From positions 16,688 to 80,687 of the forward strand of contig DUDM01000034.1 in assembly GCA_012959275.1 (NCBI GenBank): 64,000 nt of DNA. The letters run 5' to 3'. Positions 28,428-37,942 of the stretch are shown here, piece after piece. How positions within the stretch are numbered: the stretch's first letter is position 1; the number at the start of each line of letters is the position of its first letter. The stretch is from Candidatus Poseidoniales archaeon (GTDB lineage Archaea; Thermoplasmatota; Poseidoniia; Poseidoniales; Poseidoniaceae). A program made the position numbers and the translations under genes. The notes under the pieces are model-generated. The model saw nothing but the letters and a program-made list of their open reading frames with translations, made no database searches and was not told the origin of the DNA.

Positions 28428-29873
28428 ATGAGCGAAGACAAGCAAATGCTAGTAGACGGAGAATGGTGTGTAGCAGTAAGTGGAAACAGCATGGATGTAT
28501 GCAACCCTGCAACTGGTGAAATAATCGCCAATGTACCCCATGCTTCAGCAGAAGATGCAGATAGAGCAGTTGCAGCCTCCAAGGCAGCATTGGCATCAAA
28601 AGAATGGGCATTGATGGACCCAGCACAGCGAGGTCGCATTCTCAACAAAATGGCTGCAGCCACATATGCGGCATCCAAAGATTTAGCAAAATTAGAATCT
28701 CAAAATAACGGCAAGACTTTCCGCGAAGCATTAGGAGAAATCCGCTATGGCGCATGGACCTTGGAATATTTTGCAGGTTGGGCAGACAAGGTAGAAGGCC
28801 AAACAATCCCAGTACCAGGAAACCGATTCAATTACACTTTGAGGCAGCCTTTGGGAGTAACTGCCCATATTATTCCATGGAATTTCCCACTTCAACTTGC
28901 CATTCGCTCTTTTGCTCCGGCATTGGCATCTGGATGTACGGTTATCGCTAAGCCAGCCTCTCTAACTCCACTTTCTCTTCTTGAGTGGGCAAGAGTCATC
29001 GAAGATTGTGGATTACCCAGTGGAGTTTTCCAAGTGATTACAGGACCAGGAGGAGAAATCGGTGATGCATTAGCAGGCTCAAGCGGAGTTGATGGCATCG
29101 TCTTAACCGGTGGAGTGTCAACAGGTAAAGCTGTAATGAAAAAGGCTGCAGAAAATCTAACGCCAGTTACTCTTGAACTCGGAGGTAAGGGTTGTAATGT
29201 TGTATTCCCAGATGCTAATTTAAAGTTCTGCGCAAAGGCAGTTTGTTTTGGAATCTTCATGAATGCAGGTCAAATGTGTTGGGCAGGTTCAAGGCTAATT
29301 GTACATGAAGAAGTAGCAGAAGAATTGACCTCGATGATTGTCGAAGAAGTAGCCAAGTGGAAGGTTGGTCCCGGGCTTAGTGAAGGAGTTAGAATCGGCA
29401 GCATGGTATCCAAGGCCCACCGCCAAAGTGTCCTCGATTTACTTGAAAAAGGCTTGAATGAAGGAGGAGAACTGGTTTGTGGAGGTGGATGTCCAGATGG
29501 AGAATTAGAGAACGGGGCTTTCATGGAGGCAACAATCGTCAAAGGAGTTGGAATAGATGATACTCTCTTCAAGGAGGAATTATTTGGGCCGGTCTTAGCA
29601 ATTTCAACCTTCAATGAAGATAAAGAGGCACTTGCTATGGCAAATAACACCGAATTCGGATTGCTCAATGGAATCTGGACTCAGAACCTTTCACGGGCTC
29701 ACAAATTCGCCCGTGATATTAATTCAGGCATGATTTCAATCAATGAATATCCAATCACCTTCCCTCAAACTGCTTTCACCGGTTGGAAGAGCAGTGGAAT
29801 TGGTGTCGAGCAATCGGCAGAAGCAATGAAGTTCTATACACGGGTCAAGAATGTGAATGTTAACTTGGGATGA
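28428..29873 (+). CDS. NAD(P)-dependent aldehyde dehydrogenase
   Basis: ATG at 28428 (MSEDKQMLVDGEW). ELGGKG and catalytic-Cys context FMNAGQMCWAGSR. 481 aa. Confidence 0.9.
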   Translation: MSEDKQMLVDGEWCVAVSGNSMDVCNPATGEIIANVPHASAEDADRAVAASKAALASKEWALMDPAQRGRILNKMAAATYAASKDLAKLESQNNGKTFREALGEIRYGAWTLEYFAGWADKVEGQTIPVPGNRFNYTLRQPLGVTAHIIPWNFPLQLAIRSFAPALASGCTVIAKPASLTPLSLLEWARVIEDCGLPSGVFQVITGPGGEIGDALAGSSGVDGIVLTGGVSTGKAVMKKAAENLTPVTLELGGKGCNVVFPDANLKFCAKAVCFGIFMNAGQMCWAGSRLIVHEEVAEELTSMIVEEVAKWKVGPGLSEGVRIGSMVSKAHRQSVLDLLEKGLNEGGELVCGGGCPDGELENGAFMEATIVKGVGIDDTLFKEELFGPVLAISTFNEDKEALAMANNTEFGLLNGIWTQNLSRAHKFARDINSGMISINEYPITFPQTAFTGWKSSGIGVEQSAEAMKFYTRVKNVNVNLG

Positions 29874-29877
29874 TTTA

Positions 29878-30657
29878 ATGGCGATTGAAACCACTTTCAA
29901 AGAATCAGTAGCGATCATAAAGATGACAGGTAAAACAGCTTCAAACTCATTCTCAAGAACTGCTATTAAAGAAATTGCAGAAGCAATCGATGCTTCATTG
30001 AACAACCAAAAAATCAGAGGAATAGTCATCACAGGAGAGGGCAAGTTTTTCTCTGCAGGCGCTGATATCAAGGGTTTCAAAAAATATATCGAAGATGAAA
30101 CAATAACAGATTTCATTCATGACCTAACTGGGAAATTACATCCTCTTATTCTCAGAATGAGGCGCTCACCGAAGATATTGGTCGCAGCAATTAATGGAGC
30201 AGCAGCAGGAGGAGGTTTGGGATTAGCACTTGCTTGTGATGCAAGAGTTGCAGGACCAAACGCAAAATTAGCAGCCTCGTATGCAGGAATCGGCCTTTCT
30301 CCCGATGGCGGAACCACTTGGCTATTGCCAAGACTTGTGGGCGATCAAGTGAGTCGTAGATTTTTCTTGGAAAACCAAATTTGGGGACCCAAAGAAGCAC
30401 AAGGCTATGGCGCAGTTGACCATTATGTATCAGAGGAAGAATTTATTCCAAAAGCCATCAAAATAGCAGCAACATGGTCACAGTGGGGCAGTCATACAAG
30501 AGAGGCAACGAAGCACCTCATCGACGTTCAGTCGAGCCAAGAACTAGAGGTCCATCTCAATCATGAGCGCTTGTTGATTGAAGCAGCGGGCACAACCGCT
30601 GATTTTCGAGAAGGCGTTGATGCTTTTCTCAATAAACGCCCAGCGAATTTTGAATAA
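29878..30657 (+). CDS. enoyl-CoA hydratase/isomerase family
   Basis: ATG 5 nt after the ALDH stop. FFSAGADIKGF and GAAAGGGLGLALACD. Confidence 0.85.
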   Translation: MAIETTFKESVAIIKMTGKTASNSFSRTAIKEIAEAIDASLNNQKIRGIVITGEGKFFSAGADIKGFKKYIEDETITDFIHDLTGKLHPLILRMRRSPKILVAAINGAAAGGGLGLALACDARVAGPNAKLAASYAGIGLSPDGGTTWLLPRLVGDQVSRRFFLENQIWGPKEAQGYGAVDHYVSEEEFIPKAIKIAATWSQWGSHTREATKHLIDVQSSQELEVHLNHERLLIEAAGTTADFREGVDAFLNKRPANFE

Positions 30658-30698
30658 TTTGTGGACGATGAATCCTTAAAAGAAGGTTCATAAAAACT

Positions 30699-31010
30699 CT
30701 ACGAGTATTCCATTTTACCGATTATAGAATCAAATGATACAGTCCCAAAATTATGGCTATCATCTGAAGCCAATGGGTCGGGATTATCACCTTCTAGGAA
30801 AAAGCGACCCCCATCTATGGACTTTATTCTCTTGACGATTTTCACATTTTTTTTAAGGGGATGGAAGACAAGAACTACATCACCCTCTTTCAAACTTTCA
30901 TCAACACTGAATTTGATGATATCTCCTGGCTTGAGAGTGGGAAGCATACTGTCGCCGTGAATGACGACTTTAACCATGCATACCAACTCACGAGGCGCGG
31001 ACCCAAGCAT
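30699..31010 (-). CDS. sodX: S26/S24-type signal peptidase-like protease, probable Ni-SOD maturation protease SodX
   Basis: HGDSMLPTLKPGD (catalytic Ser) and VKRIKS (catalytic Lys context). Lies immediately downstream of sodN. The start is uncertain: 31061, 31010 or 30977. Confidence 0.65.
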   Translation of the reverse strand: MLGSAPRELVCMVKVVIHGDSMLPTLKPGDIIKFSVDESLKEGDVVLVFHPLKKNVKIVKRIKSIDGGRFFLEGDNPDPLASDDSHNFGTVSFDSIIGKMEYS

Positions 31011-31494
31011 CATCTCTGCCCTTGGCTGTCCAGAACATGTGATGAATCGCTTCGATGGCATCCATCAGTTCTTGGGCGTGTACTGCAGAAACTTCTACCT
31101 TGCAGGCGCTGCACAATTTTGCTGCTTTCCAGAAGGTATCGTGTAGATTAGGAATGGATTCCAAGTGTTGTGGCTTGAAGAAATCGGTCCAAAGGACGAG
31201 TAACTCATCTTTGCACTTCTGTGCTTCTTTTTCTTTTATTGTGGCATAGCGGCTCATGGTGTTGATGTAGGCGGCCATTGCACCTGAGTCATCAGGGTAA
31301 GTTAGGTCGAGCATTTTATTGGTCATCGATTGAACTGCTTCGCCAGCAATTCTAGCGCTAGCAGGGTCGTAAACCCCACAGGGTCCATCGCAGTGAGCAA
31401 AGGCGTTGAGTATTTCTTCAGAGGTCATCGACTTGGCGAATGAGCGCCCACATATCAATTTGTGTACATCTAAGGCGTGGGTTTCAATAGGCAA
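30988..31494 (-). CDS. sodN: nickel-containing superoxide dismutase precursor
   Basis: Ni-hook HCDGPCGVYDP preceded by a leader ending NAFA. The start is the ATG at 31494 or 31428 (leader MTSEEILNAFA). Confidence 0.85.
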   Translation of the reverse strand: MPIETHALDVHKLICGRSFAKSMTSEEILNAFAHCDGPCGVYDPASARIAGEAVQSMTNKMLDLTYPDDSGAMAAYINTMSRYATIKEKEAQKCKDELLVLWTDFFKPQHLESIPNLHDTFWKAAKLCSACKVEVSAVHAQELMDAIEAIHHMFWTAKGRDDAWVRAS

Positions 31495-31512
31495 GGCGTC
31501 AAAGCCCTTGAT

Positions 31513-31617
31513 ATGGGATTTGATGACGCCGTCTCAATTTGCCCCAGTTGCGGTTTTAACATTGGGCTATTCATACCGGGAATGCCCTGTCCACATTGTG
31601 GGGAGACTCTCCTATAG
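31513..31617 (+). CDS. possible 34-aa zinc-ribbon miniprotein (below the ORF-track size cutoff)
   Basis: My translation is MGFDDAVSICPSCGFNIGLFIPGMPCPHCGETLL with a stop at 31615-31617. It has two CPxCG knuckles and fills the sodN-hbd gap. Confidence 0.3.
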   Translation: MGFDDAVSICPSCGFNIGLFIPGMPCPHCGETLL

Positions 31618-32493
31618 GTTGCGCTCTATTGGCGAACCACTTTCCCAGTCATAGATACCTTTGCCAGTCTTTTTGCCAAGTGCGCCATCTGATACTAATT
31701 TTTGGAGTAGCGGATGTGGAGCATAGGAATCATCGTTGAATGATTTCTGAAGATTGAGCAAAATATCTCTACGAACATCCAAGCCTACCAAGTCCGTCAA
31801 TTCTAAAGGTCCCATCGGATGTCTGTATCCTAGAACCATGGCAGTATCGATATCTTTGGCGCTGGCAACGCCATCTGCCAACATACGAATTGCCTCATTG
31901 CCTAATACGACTCCAAGCCTAGAAGTTGCAAAACCGGGGATATTCTTGACAAGAATTGTTGTTTTATTCATTGCTGCACCAGCCGCTTGAGCGACATCGA
32001 TTGCCTCTTGCGAAGTTTTCTCGTGTTGAACCAATTCGAGCAATTTCATTAACGGCACAGGATTGAAGAAATGCATGCCTATCACGCGTGATGGGTCTCC
32101 AACTGCAGAAGCGATTTTTTCAATTGAAATACTTGAGGTATTTGTACCAAGAATTGCATGTGCTGGAGAATATTTATCGAGATCGTTGAAGATAGTCTTT
32201 TTCAGTTCAATAACCTCTGGTACAGCCTCGATTACCAAGTCAGCGTTTTCTACCGCAAGTTTTAGTTCATTATGGAATGAAAGATTTGCCGACCATTCAG
32301 CCTTTTGCTCAGGGCTGGTTTTGCCACGGGCTATTCCCTTTTCCCAAAATGCATTGATTGTTGCTCTTCCCCTCTCTAGACCTTCTGGAAATGCATCAAA
32401 GAGATTAGTTTTCCAACCGGCTTGGGCGCAAATTTGAGCAATCCCTGCGCCCATCGTTCCAGCCCCGATGATTGCCACGGTTTCGATATCCAT
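31612..32493 (-). CDS. hbd: 3-hydroxyacyl-CoA / 3-hydroxybutyryl-CoA dehydrogenase
   Basis: ATG at 32493 gives MDIETVAIIGAGTMGAGIAQ. HFFNPVPLMKLLE is present. The upstream 20 codons of the track ORF overlap the EamA gene. Confidence 0.9.
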   Translation of the reverse strand: MDIETVAIIGAGTMGAGIAQICAQAGWKTNLFDAFPEGLERGRATINAFWEKGIARGKTSPEQKAEWSANLSFHNELKLAVENADLVIEAVPEVIELKKTIFNDLDKYSPAHAILGTNTSSISIEKIASAVGDPSRVIGMHFFNPVPLMKLLELVQHEKTSQEAIDVAQAAGAAMNKTTILVKNIPGFATSRLGVVLGNEAIRMLADGVASAKDIDTAMVLGYRHPMGPLELTDLVGLDVRRDILLNLQKSFNDDSYAPHPLLQKLVSDGALGKKTGKGIYDWESGSPIERNL

Positions 32494-32494
32494 A

Positions 32495-33427
32495 TTACTC
32501 GCCGGGCGTTGCTTGTTGATGACGTTTCTCGCTCTGGGCAAGTGCAACTCCACCTGCGATTAGGACGAATGCAGCAACCAAACTCCACCCAAGTTTCTCA
32601 TCGAGCAGCCACCAGCCTGTGATTATGCCAAATGGTGGGACGAGGTAGACATAGAGAGCCGCTTTTCCAGCTCCAATGACTTTGATTCCATTTGCAAACC
32701 AAACATATGCGATTACGGTTGAGAATATTGCTAAGAAAACAGCTGCCCACCATGCTTGAGCACTGATGCTGGGAATTCCTGATTGGAAAGTTTCCCAACC
32801 AGCCCAAGGAGTAAGGAAAAGGAAACCTGCGACAGAAGCCCACACTGTGAGAATCAGGGGGGTCATTGCTTGTTCAGCATCGGATGTAGGGTTTGTCATG
32901 GCTTTTTTCATCATGATAGATGCTGTAGCCCAAGCCAAGGCTGCAGTTGCGATGAAGGCATCTCCAAGCATTCTTGAAGAGGCTGGAATGTCGACATTTG
33001 GCGAGTAAAGAAATAACATCAAGACTCCTGAAAAACCCATAATTATCCCAATTCCTAGCCTGGGATTCATTTTTTCGGAAAGAAGAGGGATGGCCAATAA
33101 TGCGGTGAATAGTGGATTGAGCGTTATCATCAATGATGCATCACCAGCGGCTGTGTATTTCATTCCGAACATGAATAGTGCTTGGTAGACAGTGGTTGAA
33201 AAGAAACCAATCAACAGGATAATCTTCCATTGCTGTTTTGTTGGTAAATGTAATTCATCTTTGATTTTCAACCAGACGAAAAAACAAGCCAAGGCTATAC
33301 AGTATCGTAGCCAAGCTGCTGTGATTGGTGGCATTTCCAAGGCCATGATTCGACCGGCTGCCCAACTTGCTCCCCATATTGCCGCTACTGTAAGAAGTTG
33401 CAGATGCACGAAAAAATGCTTCTGCAT
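32495..33427 (-). CDS. EamA/DMT-superfamily transporter
   Basis: 310 aa with ten hydrophobic spans in two EamA-like halves. Confidence 0.8.
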   Translation of the reverse strand: MQKHFFVHLQLLTVAAIWGASWAAGRIMALEMPPITAAWLRYCIALACFFVWLKIKDELHLPTKQQWKIILLIGFFSTTVYQALFMFGMKYTAAGDASLMITLNPLFTALLAIPLLSEKMNPRLGIGIIMGFSGVLMLFLYSPNVDIPASSRMLGDAFIATAALAWATASIMMKKAMTNPTSDAEQAMTPLILTVWASVAGFLFLTPWAGWETFQSGIPSISAQAWWAAVFLAIFSTVIAYVWFANGIKVIGAGKAALYVYLVPPFGIITGWWLLDEKLGWSLVAAFVLIAGGVALAQSEKRHQQATPGE

Positions 33428-33453
33428 GCGATGGGGCTGTTATATCTAGGATA

Positions 33454-36147
33454 TCAAGTGAATGCGCCTTCAGGTGCTTCTTCTACCCCATTCAATACTG
33501 CTGCTACCAACACAGCATCACCATAATCTGCATAATCTACTAGGATGTAATTTGGTAACATTCCATGTTCTTCGAGACAGAGTTGAGAATGCCGCCAGAG
33601 TGAAGCGAACTGATTGACCAATTGTGCATCTGCCTCACTTGAAATCGGGTCGGTAATATAATGAGCAATCTGCAACATGCTTGCCGACCCATTTCCTCTA
33701 CTGTTTTCACAATCAAATTCAGAGTCTGATTGGTAGGAGAAAGCGGTCATCCTAGTTTCATCATGCTCATCTAACCACCAATCATAGCCTTGGTTCTCAC
33801 TATCTGCCATCACAACAAGTCGGGTATTTGCGAACACCATTTCACCGAGGGTTGGCCATAGTTCCTGTTTTGAGAATAAGTATGGACTTAGGTCTGAATT
33901 GTTGAATTCTCCGTACATTGTGGTTGCATCCACATAATTTTCAAATGCTAGAGTTATAACTTCATATGGGTTGTTTTCAAGAAAATCTGCCACCTCTTCT
34001 AGTTGATTTTGTGCCCTCTCTCCTCCACTTTGTAGACATGGATGAATGATTAGGTCCCAATCTCCATGGCAGACCCAAACTTCGTCATTATAGTCGTAAA
34101 CATCCATGTTAATATATCGAATTCCACGTTCTAATTGAGTGCTGATATTTGCAAGTTGATTTTCAGCAATATTGTTGAAGCCACTTTCGGGATTTGCATG
34201 AGAGTTATGTGTTGCAGGATAAACAACATCATCAAAATTCCTAGTGCAAAGGATGGAATATCCATTACAGGCAAATGTATCGTTAGGATTTGTAGGGTCA
34301 GTATTCAATTCTAATTCAAAGCCGTCAATCCAGCCATCACCATCGCTATCGTTGAGGCGTGGGTCAAGGGGTGCAATTCCGGAATAATTACCTATTAACG
34401 TGGCAACAAATAGTTGGCCATTTAGATTTGATATAGTTGAGACCTCGGATAACAATAAAGCATCATTTGACAATCTAGAATCTACATGCTTGTTGAAATC
34501 ATATGACCAGACACCTTCATTAGTTGAAAACCACCATTCGTTAGCAGCGCTTCTTGTTAATGCTGACAATTCTCCTCTATCTTCTTCGAATAAAGAATTA
34601 GAATCCAAGATATTATCCTCTGAAAAGTGATGGATCATCGTATTTCCTCTGCTGCCCATAACTGCTCCTTCATTTTCTTGGTCAGCCAATAAGTTGGAGA
34701 ATGGAACTTCAGTTGAAGGGTCGCTAAAGGGCCCGACTTTCCAGTTTGAATATGGCTGATTATCCAATAGGTCGAGGGTCTTGACGTGAATCAGTGCTGA
34801 ATCTACGGCAACCCAAACTCCTTCTCCAGAAAACTCGATTGCTTGAAAATCACTACCCAAGTCTTCGATGAAGTCAGAAGCATCCCACTGAGAAATTAAA
34901 GTTCCATCTGATGATAGTTCCAGCACTCCTAATCGATTTGTTGATGTCAAAAAAGCCAACCTTGTTGTTCCTGATGCTTCCGGTAATAGTGTCAAGTCAT
35001 CAATTTTCCCAGTGACTAGAAGTTCAGGCTCACTTGTTGCATTTCCATCAATTAAAGTTTCAATAATTGACAAACCAGTTGAGTCTGCCACCGCTAACCA
35101 ACCATGTTGTGCTCCTTCATGAAGTAGTAAATGGTTCACTTCCGTAAAGCCTATTCTATTTCCTTCACTGAATTGGATACCTTCAGAATCACCTAACCAA
35201 TAACTCCCAGAACTGTGTGTAGCGATACTGCTTGCCGTGCTAGGCATTATCAAAGTTTTATTTCGCAGTGAAATATATTTGCCAGATGTGTTGATAAGAA
35301 ATGTTCCGCCAATTGCAGAATCTGCATTTATTAGCCATTCATCTCGTGCAGTTAAAAGGCCATTGAAGCCGTCCATATCTAAGTCATTTACACCATCTAA
35401 GAAATTGAGTGGATCCATTTGCCAGGCTAATTCCACTCCATCGGGAATACCGTCTAGGTCGCTATCTGCCAGTAGGGGGTCGAGGCCTTCTCTCCAAAGC
35501 CCGTCTATTTCGACCAGCCATGAGGCTGGTGCACCAAACCATATTTCGGTACTAGAATTTAATTCTTCATCTTCTTCTAATTGGCCATTTGCATTCGTAT
35601 CTACGCCGTCTTGGTCGACATCTGTATCCGAGGCGATTAGAGGTGAGAAGTCGAGACATAGCCCATCATCACCCCTTGTGCCATTTGCCATTTGACGAGT
35701 GCAAAGAATGATTTCCATACCATCCGGAATGCCATCTCCATCGCTATCAGAGTTTTGTGGGTTGAGGGTCACCCCTCTTGCCAATACAGTTTCAATATCG
35801 CATGTCTCGATGCTCAAGGGCCAACAGAACTCTTGCAAATTAGTTAGTCCATCATGGTCTGGGTCTGCATTTGAATCGATTAGATTGTAATCAAGGCCAA
35901 CGAGTTTGCTTGTTCTACCATCTGGTGAAGTAACTTTTGGGTCACCCGAGTATTCTAATTCCCATGTATCAGGCATGCCATCATTGTCTGTATCGAGGCT
36001 TTCTTCAGGCTCAAAACCCCAAGAGATGAGGCCATATCCTGCAGTAGTGATGAGTAGACCAATTCCAATCACTAAGGCTATCTGAAGACCCCTTGATGAG
36101 TCGGGCCCATCCATATCCATCATTCGTGGGATGGTGGTTTCTGACAT
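33454..36147 (-). CDS. large secreted protein: thrombospondin type-3-like Ca-binding repeats, beta-rich middle, C-terminal PI-PLC-X-like phosphodiesterase domain
   Basis: ATG at 36147 (MSETTIPRMMDMD, then a TM segment). Repeats DTDNDGMPDTWE, DPDHDGLTNLQE, DSDGDGIPDGME, DSDLDGIPDGVE and DSDGDGWIDGFE. C-terminal VYPATHNSHANPESGF...GIRYINMDVYD. Confidence 0.75.
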   Translation of the reverse strand: MSETTIPRMMDMDGPDSSRGLQIALVIGIGLLITTAGYGLISWGFEPEESLDTDNDGMPDTWELEYSGDPKVTSPDGRTSKLVGLDYNLIDSNADPDHDGLTNLQEFCWPLSIETCDIETVLARGVTLNPQNSDSDGDGIPDGMEIILCTRQMANGTRGDDGLCLDFSPLIASDTDVDQDGVDTNANGQLEEDEELNSSTEIWFGAPASWLVEIDGLWREGLDPLLADSDLDGIPDGVELAWQMDPLNFLDGVNDLDMDGFNGLLTARDEWLINADSAIGGTFLINTSGKYISLRNKTLIMPSTASSIATHSSGSYWLGDSEGIQFSEGNRIGFTEVNHLLLHEGAQHGWLAVADSTGLSIIETLIDGNATSEPELLVTGKIDDLTLLPEASGTTRLAFLTSTNRLGVLELSSDGTLISQWDASDFIEDLGSDFQAIEFSGEGVWVAVDSALIHVKTLDLLDNQPYSNWKVGPFSDPSTEVPFSNLLADQENEGAVMGSRGNTMIHHFSEDNILDSNSLFEEDRGELSALTRSAANEWWFSTNEGVWSYDFNKHVDSRLSNDALLLSEVSTISNLNGQLFVATLIGNYSGIAPLDPRLNDSDGDGWIDGFELELNTDPTNPNDTFACNGYSILCTRNFDDVVYPATHNSHANPESGFNNIAENQLANISTQLERGIRYINMDVYDYNDEVWVCHGDWDLIIHPCLQSGGERAQNQLEEVADFLENNPYEVITLAFENYVDATTMYGEFNNSDLSPYLFSKQELWPTLGEMVFANTRLVVMADSENQGYDWWLDEHDETRMTAFSYQSDSEFDCENSRGNGSASMLQIAHYITDPISSEADAQLVNQFASLWRHSQLCLEEHGMLPNYILVDYADYGDAVLVAAVLNGVEEAPEGAFT

Positions 36148-36184
36148 GTGCCTCGTATAGCCACAGGTGGTGATTGAATTGAGT

Positions 36185-36724
36185 CTATTGCCTACGGGAC
36201 CATTCAGCAAGGGCAAGTTCTAGTAACCTCTGACGTGGCAATGGAGATTCTGGCAAGGCATCCATTGGCGCATATTCCTTAATTCCCTCTATCAATTGAA
36301 CATAGAGGCCGAAGGCTGCAATATCCTCTTCAAAGGGGGCATTTAACCCAAGTTTTCGCAGGCCTGCACAGGTATCGCTGGACCATATTGGGTAGACTAG
36401 GGTGGTAAAATGAAGCCATTCAGAGAGGCGCCGTAAATCAATTCCATCAATGCTTAGTAAGCTTTCGATAAGTGAAACATCAGGATAATTGATGATATTC
36501 AGAACCGAGAGAATTTCTTGAACAACTTCCACAGGGAGAGCGAGTGGTGTTGCTGAACTCCATTGGTCAATTTGCTGAAGATGCTCAAAACATAATTCCC
36601 CTTCTATTTGGAATAACAACTCTACGTATTTTTCATCATCAGTTGCATCCAATAATTCAGAAAATTGCTGGTAAAATTCTTCACAACCTTCTACGTCAAT
36701 GCCGTACAAGGCAACAGGTATCAT
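36185..36724 (-). CDS. hypothetical acidic protein, operonic with the di-iron oxygenase
   Basis: 179 aa, starting 4 nt after the upstream stop. No recognisable motif. Confidence 0.55.
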   Translation of the reverse strand: MIPVALYGIDVEGCEEFYQQFSELLDATDDEKYVELLFQIEGELCFEHLQQIDQWSSATPLALPVEVVQEILSVLNIINYPDVSLIESLLSIDGIDLRRLSEWLHFTTLVYPIWSSDTCAGLRKLGLNAPFEEDIAAFGLYVQLIEGIKEYAPMDALPESPLPRQRLLELALAEWSRRQ

Positions 36725-36728
36725 GAAA

Positions 36729-37892
36729 TCACGCCTTTATTTGGCCGATTCCTGATTCTATCATCATTCGAGTAGGAGCACGGTGTTCGACCCACTCTTG
36801 TTTGAATAATTCCTTCAGGTCTTCTTCGTCTTGGGATGTTGGTAGAAATTCAGAGGTGTAGTTTGCCCATTTTTCGTCGGAGCCTTCGAATGCATTCCCG
36901 TCTACCATGTAGCGCTTGTTGGCATAGTCTCCGATGTCGCGGTTGAAGTTTTCATGAGCAACGTAAAGCGGCGGTGTACCTTCAGGTAATAATCCATTCA
37001 TTTTATCAACTTCTGCAACTATTTCATCATGATAGTGCTGACGACTTTCCTCATTGAGACTTGTTTTGAAAACTTCTTGTCCAGATTCGAGTTTAGCACG
37101 CTCATCCCAGCGTCCTTTGATTCCCCAAACATAAGCCCATTCTGCAGCACTGCTTGAATCGGTACCGAATAGGTCGTGGGCTGTGGAAACCCATTTGTTG
37201 AAATATCGCTGTAGCATATCTAAGGGGATTACTCCTGCCTTGATTATTCGGCGTAGCCCATTGGCTCCAGTTCCAAGATGGAATGATTCTTCTTTCAGCA
37301 TTGGGCCCATACTAGCAGCCAGCGGTTTGAAACTGGAAGTTGATAGCATCCCAAGTTGAAACTTTCCATCTCGGTCCACAAACATGGTGTAACAGAAGAA
37401 ATCTAGCCAATGAGGCATTGGTCTGTTGAAGGCACCGAGAAGTCGGCTACCCTCTTGGGCATTTCTTTCCAATAACTTCTGGGCCTCACGGGCTCCCTGT
37501 TGTCCGAAATAGGTCATGAGTAAGTAGCACATTTGCCAACCGTGGCGTTGTTCTTCTGCCATAATACGAGCTGCTGCATAGCGGTCGTAATCGCTTGGCG
37601 CACTTTCTAGCAGGTGCTTTTGTTGTTCGACACTTGCGAATTCTGTATCACCTTGAACAGTAATCATGCTTAGTAGGCCATCTCGAATGTTTTGGTGAGG
37701 GATTTGTAATGAGCGTTCCCACTTCTTTCTACCCTCATAGTCTCCGAATTCAATGACTTCACCAGCACGTTCCCAATCAAATTTAATCGATAAATCAAAG
37801 TCGCCAATCCAAGCAGGGTCGAAACCGACCATTTTCTGCCAATCTCCAAAGTTGTCTACCCATTCATCAAAGGTCGTCGGTAACTCGCCCAT
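36729..37892 (-). CDS. PaaA/BoxB-family di-iron acyl-CoA oxygenase (epoxidase)-like protein
   Basis: 387 aa with two carboxylate-bridged di-iron EXXH motifs (MAEEQRHGW and LKEESFHLGTG) in a ferritin-like helical context. Confidence 0.6.
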   Translation of the reverse strand: MGELPTTFDEWVDNFGDWQKMVGFDPAWIGDFDLSIKFDWERAGEVIEFGDYEGRKKWERSLQIPHQNIRDGLLSMITVQGDTEFASVEQQKHLLESAPSDYDRYAAARIMAEEQRHGWQMCYLLMTYFGQQGAREAQKLLERNAQEGSRLLGAFNRPMPHWLDFFCYTMFVDRDGKFQLGMLSTSSFKPLAASMGPMLKEESFHLGTGANGLRRIIKAGVIPLDMLQRYFNKWVSTAHDLFGTDSSSAAEWAYVWGIKGRWDERAKLESGQEVFKTSLNEESRQHYHDEIVAEVDKMNGLLPEGTPPLYVAHENFNRDIGDYANKRYMVDGNAFEGSDEKWANYTSEFLPTSQDEEDLKELFKQEWVEHRAPTRMMIESGIGQIKA

Positions 37893-37942
37893 GATTCTCG
37901 GAGATGCTCTTCCTCCTTGAATGATGCCCGAACATGTACGGG

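Noticed and set aside
28478-28487. Additional partial ORB-like strings (AAGTGGAAAC here, TTCAGTGGAAAA near 23620, GTTTCCACAGAG near 2975)
   Set aside because: These matches of 9-10 nt with mismatches are expected by chance in 128 kb. They fall in conserved coding sequence (for example Ser-Gly-Asn codons). Only the two exact 12-mers at 46.6 and 47.1 kb were kept.
27989-28626. 176-aa plus ORF (27989-28519), and the long N-terminal extensions of the 2PGK-like and ALDH ORFs that overlap each other
   Set aside because: The overlapping parts encode Leu/His/Pro/Cys-rich junk. Internal ATGs at 28332 (minus) and 28428 (plus) give canonical N-termini and leave a sensible 95-bp divergent promoter region.
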